Shown one piece after another: positions 40,450 to 53,014 of a stretch of 53,014 nucleotides of DNA. Position numbers and translations under genes: made by a program. Source of the DNA: Eledone cirrhosa (lineage: Eukaryota); NCBI GenBank assembly GCA_964016885.1, contig CAXHJY010001153.1, positions 1 through 53,014 on the forward strand, in the 5' to 3' direction. The notes under the pieces are model-generated. The model was not told the DNA's origin, did not search any database, and worked only from the letters and a program-made list of their open reading frames with translations. Numbering within the stretch: position 1 is the stretch's first letter; each line of letters starts with the position of its first letter.

Positions 40450-40912
40450 CATGAACCGTTCGTGAGGCGAGCCTTCCCGCGACTCGTCTCACTGACCGAG
40501 CTGCAGTCCAGGGTCAAGCAAAGACCGAGGAAAATGGGCGACTGGCACATCGAATGTGCTCAGGCGCTCACAGTCCTCTGGCAAACGGACCCAGCGATCA
40601 ATGAAGACTCCACCTCATCATTCTATAGAGGGCTAGTCTGCAGCAAGTGCGACGACACTCTCGGAGAAACTCTAGGCGTAGAGGAAGACGAACTGGCCAG
40701 TCTATTCGGTAAGACATTCCACCCGGGACCGATGGACAACTTCCAAAAGTCCCTGGCCTGGCAGCGCTACTGAGGAGCTCTACCCGTTCGAGGCAAGCTC
40801 TACAGACACGGGCGTCCGGGAAGGGACCCCTCGAAAAAGATCTGTCCGAGATGCGTGCGGGACGAGGAAACCGTCGCGCACGCATTCGAACACTGCCCGG
40901 GCGTTACCGGCC
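40450..40912 (+). pseudogene. L1/Tx1-like ORF2 C-terminal fragment
   Basis: KSLAWQRY*GALPVRGKLYRH...ICPRCVRDEETVAHAFEHCP, a zf-RVT-type C-x2-C...ETxxH...C motif. Confidence 0.8.
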
Positions 40913-41396
40913 TAAACAGATCTAAAACACACACTTTGCTCCATCAATCACAAATGGACCTCTGTCGGTTTCGACGATGAATGCTCTAGTTGTTCGATCA
41001 ATAGAAGTCAGACCTGTGTTTATGTATTCAAACGAGCGACGTATCTCGCTACACATTTGCGATCTCATGTCAAAAAGTCTGTAGTTCCGTCATAAACTCT
41101 TTGCAAACATTTTGTTGTAGGACTTCTATAACTTACTGTGTTGTTTTTTTGTTGTTATTTTTTTATTTACTGTAAGCAATCGAACACTTATATGTTAATA
41201 ACACAGCCTGTTCATACAATCAACATATAAGTGATTGTTTTATTTCACATACACGTGCATCCTTAAGTCTCTTGTTACCATATCTCCAATGAAATAAGCG
41301 GTCCATGTGTTTCAGTTAAATTTGGAAAATAAACAAGAATTTGGAAAGATTTAGTGATAATATAATTAAGGTTTTCACTATTTAACTGGGATTTAA

Positions 41397-41617
41397 GGGC
41401 GGTGGATTGGCAGTATCGGTAGAGGGTCGAACGCCATGCTTAGTAGCATAGAGTTAAGGCCCTTTATGATCTGAGTTTAAATCCCGCCGAGGTAAACTTT
41501 GCCTTTCATCCTTACAGGGTCAATAAAATAAAGTACTAGTCACGCACTGGTGTCGAGTTTATCGACTTTATACACCCCCCAAATTGCTGGCTTTATGCCT
41601 ATATAAGAAAACATTAT
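41397..41617 (+). mobile_element. SINE family A, full length
   Basis: GGCGGTGGATTGGCAGTATCGG head through to the AGAAACATTA tail. Confidence 0.9.
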
Positions 41618-41661
41618 TTAACTGAGATTTGGGCAAGGACCATTATTGTAGTGTAGGAGAG

Positions 41662-41734
<73 letters not shown>

Positions 41735-42208
41735 TAGTTAGATAGATAGACAGACAGATAGACAGACAAATAACATATATACAGTGTGCCCAGACACGCA
41801 GGTATATTGCCCTTGGTATGACAGTGTGGTTTTAGCTCAATGTAGGATAACTGGTATACTATGTTATACTGGTATACTGTGTTTTATTTTTGGTTTTTGT
41901 TTATGTGTTTTTATTGTTTTTTTTTAAATTGTTTTTGATCATGCTGAGTAACATCTTCACTCATCCCTTGCTACCCTCTCCCAACCTCCTTATCATCTAT
42001 TGCACCTTGTAAGTCATACATGTTTGATGTGATCTTTGATGTAATTTTTAAAGACATTTTTTATGACATTTTATGACATTATATGCGTCATGTATTGTGT
42101 CTTTTTCATATATAGCGCTGGCCTCGAGACCCCCCTGCTGATCCTTTAACCTTGTTCTGGTGACGCAGCTTGATGGAGCATGCAACTATTGATATACTCT
42201 TGTTTATA

Positions 42209-42254
42209 GGCTCTGATGATTCCTGCCTTTGGGTATGGATGAAACACTTTAGCT
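42209..42254 (+). ncRNA. Hammerhead-like motif with degenerate stem III
   Basis: GGCU-CUGAUGA-U-UCC-UGCC-UUUG-GGUA-U-GGA-U-GAAAC-ACUUU-AGCU followed directly by AATAAA. Confidence 0.5.
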
Positions 42255-42289
42255 AATAAAACAATGTATTTCTAAGCACTCTTTGGTTA

Positions 42290-42359
<70 letters not shown>

Positions 42360-42934
42360 AATATATATATATATATATACATACACAAATATAAATACAT
42401 ACACACACATAAATAAATATATACATGCGTCTACATGTTTGTGTGAGTGTGTATGTATTCACACACAAACACTTTGGCACACACGTATATATATATACAG
42501 ATAGATGCAAACTTGTATACAAGTATGAGTAAGTTGTAGATGCATGTGTATGTGTGCGTATATATGTGTGCATGTGTATATATGTGCTTATTTGTGTGTA
42601 TATATATATATATATATATACGCCTGTGTCTACTAACACACCCACGACACAATCTGATCCACGTGAGTTAATTTCTGTATAGTTTTCTCACGCCCAACAC
42701 CAAAAGACGCTGCCACAGGAACTTCACACATACTCACAGACATTCGCACATATATATATATATATATATATACATACAAACGCATATATATATATATACA
42801 CACACTCATACATACACTCTTCCTGTTAAATACTTACACACAAACACGCACATATGTATATTTATACATACATACATACCTACCTACATACATACATACA
42901 TATATACATAGATGTATGCCTGTGTATGTATACA

Positions 42935-42980
<46 letters not shown>

Positions 42981-43078
42981 GAAACAGACAGACTGACAGA
43001 GACTGAAAAGGTTCAAGGGATGGGAATTCTCAAAACCGAGATGCAGCCATTATGTATGCATGAATATATGTATGTATG

Positions 43079-43211
<133 letters not shown>

Positions 43212-43288
43212 ATAAGTAATAACATAACAAACGGAACAGTACATGGAAGAAATATATTAGTTTAACGCTTAAAATAGCAGGAAGTGAG

Positions 43289-43324
43289 TCGTAACGTTTC
43301 GGACACTAGTCCTTCATCAGAAGA
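43289..43324 (-). ncRNA. Minimal hammerhead ribozyme variant, second copy
   Basis: UCUU-CUGAUGA-A-GGAC-UAGU-GUCC-GAAACGUU-ACGA. Differs from the 36711 copy only in the stem II loop. Confidence 0.7.
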
Positions 43325-43555
43325 TAAAGTTATAACTAGAAGATAAATAGGGAGTATAGAACAAATTATTGAAGATACCCCCCCCCCCCCACACACACAC
43401 ACACCACCACCACACACATATTGAGAAGGTCTCCTGAAGAGGTTTGATTTTCCCCAATATTTGATTTTCTAACTTTCAAGTTGATTCGTACTCGGCGAAA
43501 CTGCAGTCGGGATCATTAAGTAAAACATGTAACTTTTTACCTTGTTTGTTTTTCT

Positions 43556-43831
43556 TATGATCCAGAGAACAAAAGACAGAGTGCCCAGTGGAAACATTCT
43601 GACTCCCCAAGACCCAAGAAGACCAAGCAAAATAGGTCTTACTGGGAAACTCATGATGATTCTATTCTTCGACAGCAAGGGTTCCATCTACACCCACTAG
43701 GCTCCCCACGGCCAGGCAGTCAACAAAGAGTACTATGTAGAGGTTTTGGGGCAGTCCAGAAAGAGATTTCGTCGCAAGAGACCAGAACTCTTCAAGCCTG
43801 GTCAGTGCACCTGCACCAGGACAATGCCCCC
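43556..43831 (+). mobile_element. Mariner transposase fragment (pseudogene)
   Basis: YDPENKRQSAQWKHSDSPRPKK...GKLMMILFFDSKG...[10 protein letters not shown]...RRKRPELF...HLHQDNAP, with frameshifts and a stop. Confidence 0.9.
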
Positions 43832-43946
43832 TCCCCTGCTGTATATATATATATATATATATTCTTTTATTCTTTTACATATGTTCCAGCCATCCGGCTG
43901 AGGCCATGCTGGGGTACCGTCCATATATATATACACATATATATAT

Positions 43947-44027
<81 letters not shown>

Positions 44028-44033
44028 CGTGTA

Positions 44034-44077
<44 letters not shown>

Positions 44078-44423
44078 ATCGATAAAAGGCCTTGGGAGCG
44101 CTGCTGATCGCTTTTGATGTCCTGTTTTAAGCGCCGAAACATCTATGATCTGCAAGTTAACAGCTGACGAATGGGTCCTTCTCTTGTTTCGTCCATATTA
44201 CCATCTTAAACTTTGTTTACAGTAACCACACAGCTCGCTTCGTTTCTTATAATTATATATATATATATTTCAAAAGGTGGTATTCGGTCAGATTGTACAT
44301 TGTCTAAAGTCAAAACAGATTTTCACGTAGTAAAAGTAGTGAATTGTGGGAATCTACAAAGTCAATCTAGTACAAATATATTATTACGGCCCTTGTGGCT
44401 AATAAAGAAAATCATTATTATTA

Positions 44424-44585
44424 ATCCTTACGGGGTCGATAAAATAAAGTTCCAGTAATGCACTGGGGTAATTGCTGGCCTTGTGCCTAAAATAGAAACA
44501 ATTATTATTATTGGATTGGCAGTATCGGTAGAGAGTCGGACGCCATCTTTTCCAGTGTAGTTACGTCCCTTTACGGTCCCTTTAC
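44424..44585 (+). mobile_element. SINE family A fragments (tail followed by a new head)
   Basis: Core and tail at 44424-44505; head at 44512-44585. Confidence 0.8.
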
Positions 44586-44751
44586 ACTCACATGCACACA
44601 CACACACAGACACTTACATGCACACACATACACACAGACACATACACACACAGACAGACACACGCACAGACAGACACACACACACAGAGACAGACATACA
44701 CACACAGAGATGTGTATAAACACTAAAATTTGTAATAATAAATAAAGACTT

Positions 44752-44819
44752 AGAAGAAGAAGAAGAAGAAGAAGAAGAAGAAGAAGAAGAAGAAGAAGAA
44801 GAAGAAGAAGAAGAAGAAG

Positions 44820-44861
<42 letters not shown>

Positions 44862-44910
44862 ATGTTGATGATGATGATGATGATAATGATGACGATGATG
44901 ATGGTGATGA
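44752..44910. repeat. Compound (GAA)n(GCT)n(GAT)n microsatellite
   Basis: Direct inspection. Confidence 0.95.
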
Positions 44911-45071
44911 GTGTATAAAAAAAAAGCGAAGATAGCGACGAAAGATGAAAATGAAAATAAATATAAACCAATTGAAGTGCAAAACAAATAGAATAGAAAA
45001 TAAATTCCCCTCCCTCCTACTTATAGTTATATTAAAAGTACATAACGTTTGGGCGTTTTCCCCTACTCCAG

Positions 45072-45155
45072 GGCCGCTACTAAACCTAATGGTATTTCCG
45101 CTCCTCAACAGTGTAGAGTGGTTAGGGCAGACCGTAGTGAAGATGAGGAGCAAGG
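45072..45155 (+). CDS. Putative internal coding exon of an unidentified gene (PLLNLMVFPLLNSVEWLGQTVVKMRSK)
   Basis: Pyrimidine tract plus ccag| acceptor; 84 nt; open frame in phase 1-1; donor AAGG|gtagtt. Phase-compatible with the 50541 exon. Confidence 0.35.
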
Positions 45156-46257
45156 GTAGTTTTTCTGTGTGCATGGGTATTTTTTCTGTGTGAAATGGTA
45201 TTTTTTCTGTGTGCAAGAGTAGTTTTTCTGTGTGCAAGGGTAGTTTTTCTGTGTGCAAGGGTATTTTTTCTGTGTGCAAGAGTAGTTTTTCTGTGTGCAA
45301 GGGTATTTTTTCTGTGTGCAAGAGTAGTTTTTCTGTGTGCAAGGGTAGTTTTTCTGTGTGCAAGGGTATTTTTTCTGTGTACAAGAGTAGTTTTTCTGTG
45401 TGCAAGGGTAGTTTTTCTGTGTGCAAGGGTATTTTTTCTGTGTGCAAGAGTAGTTTTTCTGTGTGCAAGGGTATTTTTTCTGTGTACAAGGGTATTTTTT
45501 CTGTGTGCAAGAGTAGTTTTTCTGTGTGCAAGGGTATTTTTTCTGTGTGCAAGAGTATTTTTTCTGTGTGCAAGGGTATTTTTTCTGTGTACAAGGGTAT
45601 TTTTTCTGTGTGCAAGGGTATTTTTTCTGTGTGCAAGAGTAGTTTTTCTGTGTGCAAGGGTATTTTTTCTGTGTGCAAGAGTATTTTTTCTGTGTGCAAG
45701 GGTATTTTTTCTGTGTACAAGGGTATTTTTTCTGTGTGCAAGGGTATTTTTTCTGTGTACAAGGGTATTTTTTCTGTGTACAAGGGTATTTTTTCTGTGT
45801 GCAAGGGTATTTTTTCTGTGTACAAGGGTATTTTTTCTGTGTGCAAGGGTATTTTTTCTGTGTACAAGGGTATTTTTTCTGTGTACAAGGGTATTTTTTC
45901 TGTGTACAAGGGTATTTTTTCTGTGTGCAAGGGTATTTTTTCTGTGTACAAGGGTATTTTTTCTGTGTAAGGGTACTTTTTCTGTGTACAAGAGTATTTT
46001 TTCTGTGTGCAAGGGTATTTTTTCTGTGTGCAAGAGTATTTTTTCTGTGTGAAAGTGTATTTTTTCTGTGTGTAAGGGTATTTTTTCTGTGTGCAAGGGT
46101 ATTTTTTCTGTGTGCAAGGGTATTTTTTCTGTGTGCAAGAGTATTTTTTCTGTGTGAAAGTGTATTTTTTCTGTGTGTAAGGGTATTTTTTCTGTGTGCA
46201 AGGGTATTTTTTCTGTGTGCAAGGGTATTTTTTCTGTGTGCAAGGGTATTTTTTCTG
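45150..46257. repeat. 21-bp minisatellite, about 52 copies
   Basis: Unit aagggtattttttctgtgtgc with recurring variants. Confidence 0.97.
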
Positions 46258-46317
46258 AAGTTCGGTTTCGATCTTTGATTCTTGCTAACTTAATTTTCTT
46301 TGTTCATTCAGATCATC

Positions 46318-46487
46318 CGGTAGAGAGTCTGACGCCATGCTTTGACACAGAGTTACGGCCCTTGCCATTCTGAGTTCAAATCCCGCCGAGGTTAACTTTG
46401 CCTTTCATCCTTACGGGGTCGAAAAAATGAAGCACCAGTAATGTACTGGGAAAATTGCTGGCCTTGTGCCAAAAGTAGAAACAATTA
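46318..46487 (+). mobile_element. SINE family A
   Basis: Same B box, core and tail; very similar to the 27774 copy. Confidence 0.88.
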
Positions 46488-46502
46488 TCTCTCAGTGACG
46501 AG

Positions 46503-46845
46503 GGCGGCGGAGTGGCAGAGTCGGTGGAGTGTCGGACGACAGGAATAGAATAGACTGGAAATCCGTGGATTTCTACAACGGCTCTTCCAGTTTTTCCGTC
46601 AACGGCAGAATCTGCTCGTGAAATTAACTTACACGGGGCTGACCATTCCACAGACACGTGTACCTTGAGGTAATTGTCAGGGAAATTCAGGGTGACGTAT
46701 TGAATGACAAGGCTGAATTACAGTTACAGACCATCACACGGGGTCCAAACAGGTCCCGTCTATCCGATTAGACTAACAAGCCTTGGGTTGACCCAAGGGT
46801 AAAATCATGTTACTGTCCAAGATATCCCTCAGTGATATCGAATAG
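46503..46845 (+). mobile_element. Composite SINE-like repeat (family C)
   Basis: tRNA-like head, then CTGCTCGTGAAATTAAC...CCACAGACACGTGTACC. Homologous to 29987-30145; a related fragment lies at ~40961-41005. Confidence 0.65.
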
Positions 46846-47014
46846 TCGATGTTTATGTAATTGCCTGAGGAGCCTGTTACTTACGTAGACCAACCTTATC
46901 GTTGCATGACCATTATATAATTATGAATGGCTTTGAGCTGGACCACGAATGTAACACATGTAACGAAAAAATAAACAAGTTAAGCTTTTCTCTCACTCTC
47001 CACCCCTAACTCTC

Positions 47015-47174
<160 letters not shown>

Positions 47175-47185
47175 CATATATATAT

Positions 47186-47287
47186 ATATTGTTATACTTT
47201 GGGAGGGTCATGTTGCCAATAAGAAACACACGCACTGGTGCGTGTGTTTCTTATTGGCAACATGACCCTCCCAAAGTATAACAATAT
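47186..47287. repeat. Perfect palindrome (50-bp arms, 2-nt spacer)
   Basis: 47186-47235 is the reverse complement of 47238-47287. Confidence 0.95.
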
Positions 47288-47384
47288 CGGTTTCAACACA
47301 CGATTTCAGATAAAGAATCTTGCTAAACAAATTCAGAATCGAAATATATATATATGTAAGTATATATATATTATATATATATAC

Positions 47385-47516
<132 letters not shown>

Positions 47517-47740
47517 ATGTATATATGTATATATATATATTCCCATACACCTACACATACAGCTTTATGGTTATTTATTAGCTATAATGTCTACTTGGAA
47601 TTAAGAAATAAATGTCATTTGTGGAACATAATTGATAATAAAACTATAAAATCATAAAATAATAAAAAATAATTTCCATTGTAAATATTTACTGATTATT
47701 TAAAGGAATAAAATAGAAACACATACATATATAAACATAT

Positions 47741-47814
<74 letters not shown>

Positions 47815-47816
<2 letters not shown>

Positions 47817-47991
47817 ATAATATATAAGATCAAAAGATGGTTAAATGAGTTCCATGTATTTTATTATGCGCATTTCAAAAACAAATATCATCATGCAATA
47901 AATGTTATTGCATGATGATATTTGTTTTTGAAATGCGCATAATAAAATACATGGAACTCATTTAACCATCTTTTGATCTTATATATTATGT
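47815..47991. repeat. Perfect palindrome (87-bp arms, 3-nt spacer)
   Basis: 47815-47901 is the reverse complement of 47905-47991. Confidence 0.95.
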
Positions 47992-48089
47992 ATACTCCAG
48001 TCCTACAAACTGTAGAGTGCTTCTTATCCGATATCTGCATTGCTTTATTGTACTACAATAAAACTCACCTCCTACATGTCATATATATA

Positions 48090-48208
<119 letters not shown>

Positions 48209-48230
48209 ATAATAATAAAATTGAATAATA

Positions 48231-48409
48231 ATAAAATCCAAAGAGGGCTCGATAAGGAAAATATATATCAAATATATAAGAACCGAAGAGCAAATATTTA
48301 TTAATATAACAGATTAAAGTTTAAGCAAAGAATCGCTGCTTTCACCCTTAACGGGATCTTCTGAAACTAACCATGTTAGTTTCAGAAGATCCCGTTTAAT
48401 AAATATTTG
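48231..48409. mobile_element. Second copy of the same small element, ending in a 22-bp fold-back
   Basis: Matches ~5392-5521. Hairpin 48350-48371/48375-48396. Minus strand carries HHR-like CAGAAGA-U-CCC-GUUAA-GGG-U-GAAAGC. Confidence 0.75.
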
Positions 48410-48419
48410 TATATATGTT

Positions 48420-49330
48420 TGTATATATATATATATATACAGATACATACACCATTACACATACAGATAGAAACATATATACAAATATATACGTCATTAT
48501 ACATACAAATAGAAACATATATACAGATACATACAAACATATACACATATGTATACACCATTATACATACATATACAAACATATATACAGATAAATACGC
48601 CATTACACATACACATACAAACATATATACAGACACTTCATTACACATACACACATATATATACACTTTATTACACATACATACATATATATACAGACAC
48701 TTTATTACATATACACACACATATATATATATACAGACACTTTATTACACATACACACATACATATATATATATATATACAGACACTTTATTACACATAC
48801 ACACATATATATATATATATACACATATACATATACATATATATATACACTTTATTACACATACACACATATATATATACACAGACACTTTATTATACAT
48901 ACACATATATATATACACTTTATTACACATACACACATATATGTATACACAGACACTTTATTACACATACACACATATACACTTTATTACACATACACAC
49001 ATATACACATATATACACTTTATTACACATACACACATATATGTATACACAGACACTTTATTACACATACACACATATACACACATATACACTTTATTAC
49101 ACATACACACATATACACTTTATTACACATACGCACATATACACTTTATTACACATACACACATATACACACATATACACTTTATTACACATACACACAT
49201 ATACACTTTATTACACATACGCACATATACACTTTATTACACATACACACATATACACTTTATTACACATACGCACATATACACTTTATTACACATACAC
49301 ACATATACACTTTATTTCACATACACACTA
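48420..49330. repeat. (CA/TA)-derived ~26-bp minisatellite
   Basis: Recurrent acactttattacacatacacacatat, most regular toward the 3' end. Confidence 0.9.
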
Positions 49331-49736
49331 TGAAAACATTACGTAACTAAACACATTAACATATTTATGCTCCGCTACACATATACACACATTTATACAA
49401 ACATTTAGAAAGGAGGAGCTTTTTAATGTTAAATAAATAAAACTCCAAGAGTTATTTCCCTTGAATAAAATCTTTGAAAACATGTTTTGAATAGGAAAAT
49501 AAAATGAAGTATTATAAGTTCAAATGTCGCCAGTGTTTCGTTTGTCTCATAGTTTTTACCGTTCCTTACAGGATCACTATAGTTGTGTTACAGTAACAGT
49601 AATATACTGGGGGAAGAATATATGTACTACACCATCTTAACATGTCATACAAATGTATGGGCTTTAGAAATGAATATAGAAAAATAACAACAATAACAAC
49701 ACACAAGAGCTCAACCTCTCCAGATAATTGACTTCA

Positions 49737-50487
49737 CTGAGTGAAGGAAGGTATGGTTGAGTGAAGGAAAGTGTGGTTGAGTGAAGGGAAGGGGAGATGA
49801 GTGAAGGAAAGGGGAGTCGAGTGAAGGGAAGTGAGGTTGAGTGAAGGAAGGTGTGGTTGAGTGAAGGAAAGTGTGGTTGAGTGAAGGGAAGTGTGGTTGA
49901 GTGAAGGACGGTATGGTTGAGTGAAGGAAGGTATAGATGAGTGAGGGAAGGTATGGTTGAGTGAAGGAAGGTATGGTTGAGTGAAGGAAAGGGGAGATGA
50001 GTGAAGGAAAGGGGAGTCGAGTTGAGTGAAGGAAGGTGTGGTTGAGTGAAGGGATGTGTGGTTGAGTGAAGGAAAATGAGGTTGAGTGAAGGGAAGTGTG
50101 GTTGAATGAAGGAAAGTGGGATTGAGTGAAGGGAAGTTTGGTTGAGTGAAGAGAAGTGTGGTTGAGTGAATGAAAGTGTGGTTGAGTGAAGGGAAGTGTG
50201 GTTGAGTGAAGGAAAGTGTGGTTGAGTGAAGAGAAGTGTGGTTGAGTGAAGGAAAGTGAGGTTGAGTGAAGGAAAGTGTGGTTGAATGAAGGAAAGTGTG
50301 GTTGAGTGAAGGAAAGTGTGGTTGAGTGAAGGAAAGGGGAGATGAGTGAAGGAAAGGGGAGTCGAGTAAAGGAAAGTGTGGTTGAGTGAAAGGAAGTGTG
50401 GTTGAGTGAAGGAAAGTGGAGTGTAGTGAAGGAAAGTGTGGTTGAGTTAAGGAAAGTGGAGTCTAGTGAAGGAAAGTGTAGTTGAGT
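49737..50487. repeat. 20-bp purine-rich minisatellite
   Basis: Unit gagtgaaggaaagtgtggtt with 5-bp sub-periodicity. Confidence 0.95.
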
Positions 50488-50540
50488 GTGGCAGTGAAGA
50501 TACATAAGCCCAAACACTATCAGTATTTTAAATATTTCAG

Positions 50541-50642
50541 AAAACACGGGAGACAACCTTGAAGATGTTCCTGAATTATTAAACCTCCTCAGCGAAACAG
50601 ACTTCTCAGTAGTTGAAGAAATAGAGATGGGAGAACTACTAA
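50541..50642 (+). CDS. Putative internal coding exon of an unidentified gene (ENTGDNLEDVPELLNLLSETDFSVVEEIEMGELL)
   Basis: Acceptor tatttcag|; 102-nt open frame in phase 1-1; donor |gtaaat. Protein-like acidic composition in a unique island between two satellites. Confidence 0.5.
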
Positions 50643-50802
50643 GTAAATGTACATTATTGTGTATGGGTAGGCGTGGACTAAAACAAATCACTGAGGTTAA
50701 TGACCAACTATAGTTAACTATAGTTAGTATAATTAAGTTAGTGTTGACATATTTAATGTAGTAAGTATTAAAATTCCAATTCGAAATACGTATGTCTAAG
50801 TC

Positions 50803-51242
50803 TGGAGTGGTGTGGTGTGGAGTAGTGGGGTGTGGTGTGGAGTAGTGGGGTGTGGTGTGGAGTGGTGGGGTGTGGTGTGAAGTGGAGTGGTGTGAAATGG
50901 TGTCGTGTGAAGTGGGGATTGTGTGGCATGGTGTGGAGTGGTGTGGTGTGATGTGGTGTGGTATGGAGTGGTGTGGCGTGAATTGGAGTGGTGTGGAGTG
51001 GTGTGGTGTGAAGTGGGGATGGTGTGGCGGGGTGTAGAGTGGTGTGGAGTGGTGTGGTGTGTAGTGGTGTGGCGGGAAGTGAAATGGTGTGGAGTGGTGT
51101 GGTGTGAGGTGAAATGGCGTGAAGTGAAGTGGTGTGGAGTGGTGGAAGGTGAAATGGCGTGAAGTGTTGTGGTGTGGAGTGGTGTGGAGTGCTGTGACGT
51201 GAAGTGAAGTGGTGTGGTATGGAGTGGTGTGGAGTGATGTGG
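50803..51242. repeat. Degenerate (GTGTG/GAGTG)n pentamer repeat
   Basis: Direct inspection. Confidence 0.9.
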
Positions 51243-51303
51243 CATAAAATAAGGTAAAGTGAACCAGGTCCAGCGTGAAATAAAGCCAGGTACACTCGAC
51301 TTA

Positions 51304-51453
51304 GGCGGCAATTGGCAGAGACGTTAGAAGGGCGGATAGAATGATTTGTGGCATTTGTTCCGGCTCTCTGCATTCAAACCCCGCCGAGGTCAACTTTGTC
51401 TTTCACCTTTTCAAGGTCGATAAATAAAGTACCAGTCTAGTACTGGGGTCGAT
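51304..51453 (+). mobile_element. SINE family A, diverged
   Basis: GGCGGCAATTGGCAGAG head and CCGCCGAGGTCAACTTTG core. Confidence 0.75.
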
Positions 51454-51622
51454 TCTCCCCCTCTATCTCTTTCTCATTTCTTCTCTTCTACTTTCTATCC
51501 TTCTCTGGAAGAAATCTTCTATGTTCAGGCCCGGAGATGAGATGGGTCCCCTAGTCTTTAAAATGCCAAAGAAACGCCCTATATCAATATGGCAACCCTA
51601 CGACTCCACCAGGAGTTATGGG

Positions 51623-51940
51623 ACCATACCATACCATACCATACCATACCATACCATACAATACCATACCATACCATACCATACCATACAATACCATACC
51701 ATACCATACCATACCATACCACACCATACCATACCACACCATACCACACCATACCACACCATACCATACCATACCATACCACACCATACCACACCACACC
51801 ATACCACACCATACCATACCATACCATACCACACCATACCATACCATACCATACCATACCATACCACACCATACCACACCATACCACACCATACCACACC
51901 ATACCACACCATACCACACCATACCACACCACACCATACC
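51623..51940. repeat. (CCATA/CCACA)n pentamer repeat
   Basis: Direct inspection. Confidence 0.95.
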
Positions 51941-52161
51941 AAACCTAAAATCACACTGAATCATCTTAAAAACGGAGAAGTACGCATTAAGCAATATAGT
52001 CTCTACACCCCCCGGGTGGTCACCGTTGGAGCGCTTTGATCATAGGCTTTCTCGATCAGGATTGACCTTGGGCTAAATTATACAAACTATAAACCTTCAT
52101 GGGAGCTTAATTATCATTGTGTATACGTAACCGATCTATCGGACTTTTACGAAGCGCTGGG

Positions 52162-52281
52162 AGGATAAGACCCTTAGAGACGAAAAAGGAAGTTGCTCTC
52201 GGCCGCCTGAGAGGTACAAGGTTCGATTCCTCGTAGCGGCCGATGACTACTTCTTTTTCCGCCTCTAAGGGTCTTCATCCT
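52162..52281. repeat. Imperfect fold-back (MITE-like) with a B-box-like loop
   Basis: AGGATAAGACCCTTAGAGACGAAAAAGGAAGT pairs with ACTTCTTTTTCCGCCTCTAAGGGTCTTCATCCT. Inner TCGGCCGC/GCGGCCGA stem; the loop contains GGTTCGATTCC. Confidence 0.65.
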
Positions 52282-52659
52282 ATTTTATAATCTACGTTAT
52301 AACATCTCCGCGAATGAGCACACCACACTTTATATCAACTACCATTATAGTAACGCCTTCTAAAACCCTTCTGTTTACCACCACCAAAACATAACAACAA
52401 CAACAACATCAACATCAACTGTCTCAGACGCCGTATCTCACACCACCCCCGTATCTCCAAGGAAACCAACTAACGGTACATCAATTGAATGTAAACATTC
52501 GCCTCACTGACCTGACCTAATTATCTCCCTTGACCTTAAATGGCGATTGGCATCGCTCACTCATAACACTGATTCACGTGCATATTTACAACATCACATA
52601 CTTTGTCTTCCTATGTGTATATAAATATATATATATACACACACATATACACAGACAAA

Positions 52660-52832
<173 letters not shown>

Positions 52833-52936
52833 ACGAAGGAAATTATATATATATATATGTGTGTGTGTGTGGTGTATATATATATATACACACATATACA
52901 CATACATATATACATATATATATATATATGAATATT

Positions 52937-52975
<39 letters not shown>

Positions 52976-52979
52976 TATT

Positions 52980-53014
<35 letters not shown>

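Noticed and set aside
44075-44200. GCGCT...AGCGC-CGAAAC and a nearby CTGACGA as a hammerhead
   Set aside because: No CUGANGA in the correct position and stem III is not convincing; at most a decayed relic.
44614-46278. ORFs of 200-445 aa with 7-residue repeats
   Set aside because: They are open in several frames on both strands because of the 21-bp minisatellite; no protein signature.
49711-52039. ORFs rich in His/Thr/Pro or Trp/Cys/Gly
   Set aside because: Translations of the 20-bp and pentamer satellites.

Overview
This is AT-rich eukaryotic DNA crowded with microsatellites, and the SINE families and gene style point to an octopod cephalopod (inference). One protein-coding gene is well supported: a minus-strand C2H2 zinc-finger gene. 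I reconstruct it as two coding exons (18194-18252 joined to 14025-15177, 403 aa, five fingers). Two possible plus-strand exons lie at 45072-45155 and 50541-50642, and a promoter-motif cluster (NRF1/ETS/YY1) lies at about 410-1051. The rest is repeats: tRNA-derived SINEs, decayed RTE, L1/Tx1, CR1 and HERO LINE fragments, a mariner fragment, piggyBac-type and Tc2-type MITEs, minisatellites and (TA)n/(CA)n tracts. Most ORF-track entries are repeat artefacts. The most interesting signal is non-coding: about ten hammerhead-ribozyme (HHR) motifs or half-motifs, mostly on the minus strand, in short elements embedded in or next to microsatellites. One is an apparently intact type I HHR with a long hairpin inserted in stem II (35778-35887). 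Several sit in or beside near-perfect fold-back palindromes, which suggests a Penelope-like or retrozyme-like family of small mobile ribozyme elements. All calls were made by eye, with no database searches or folding software.
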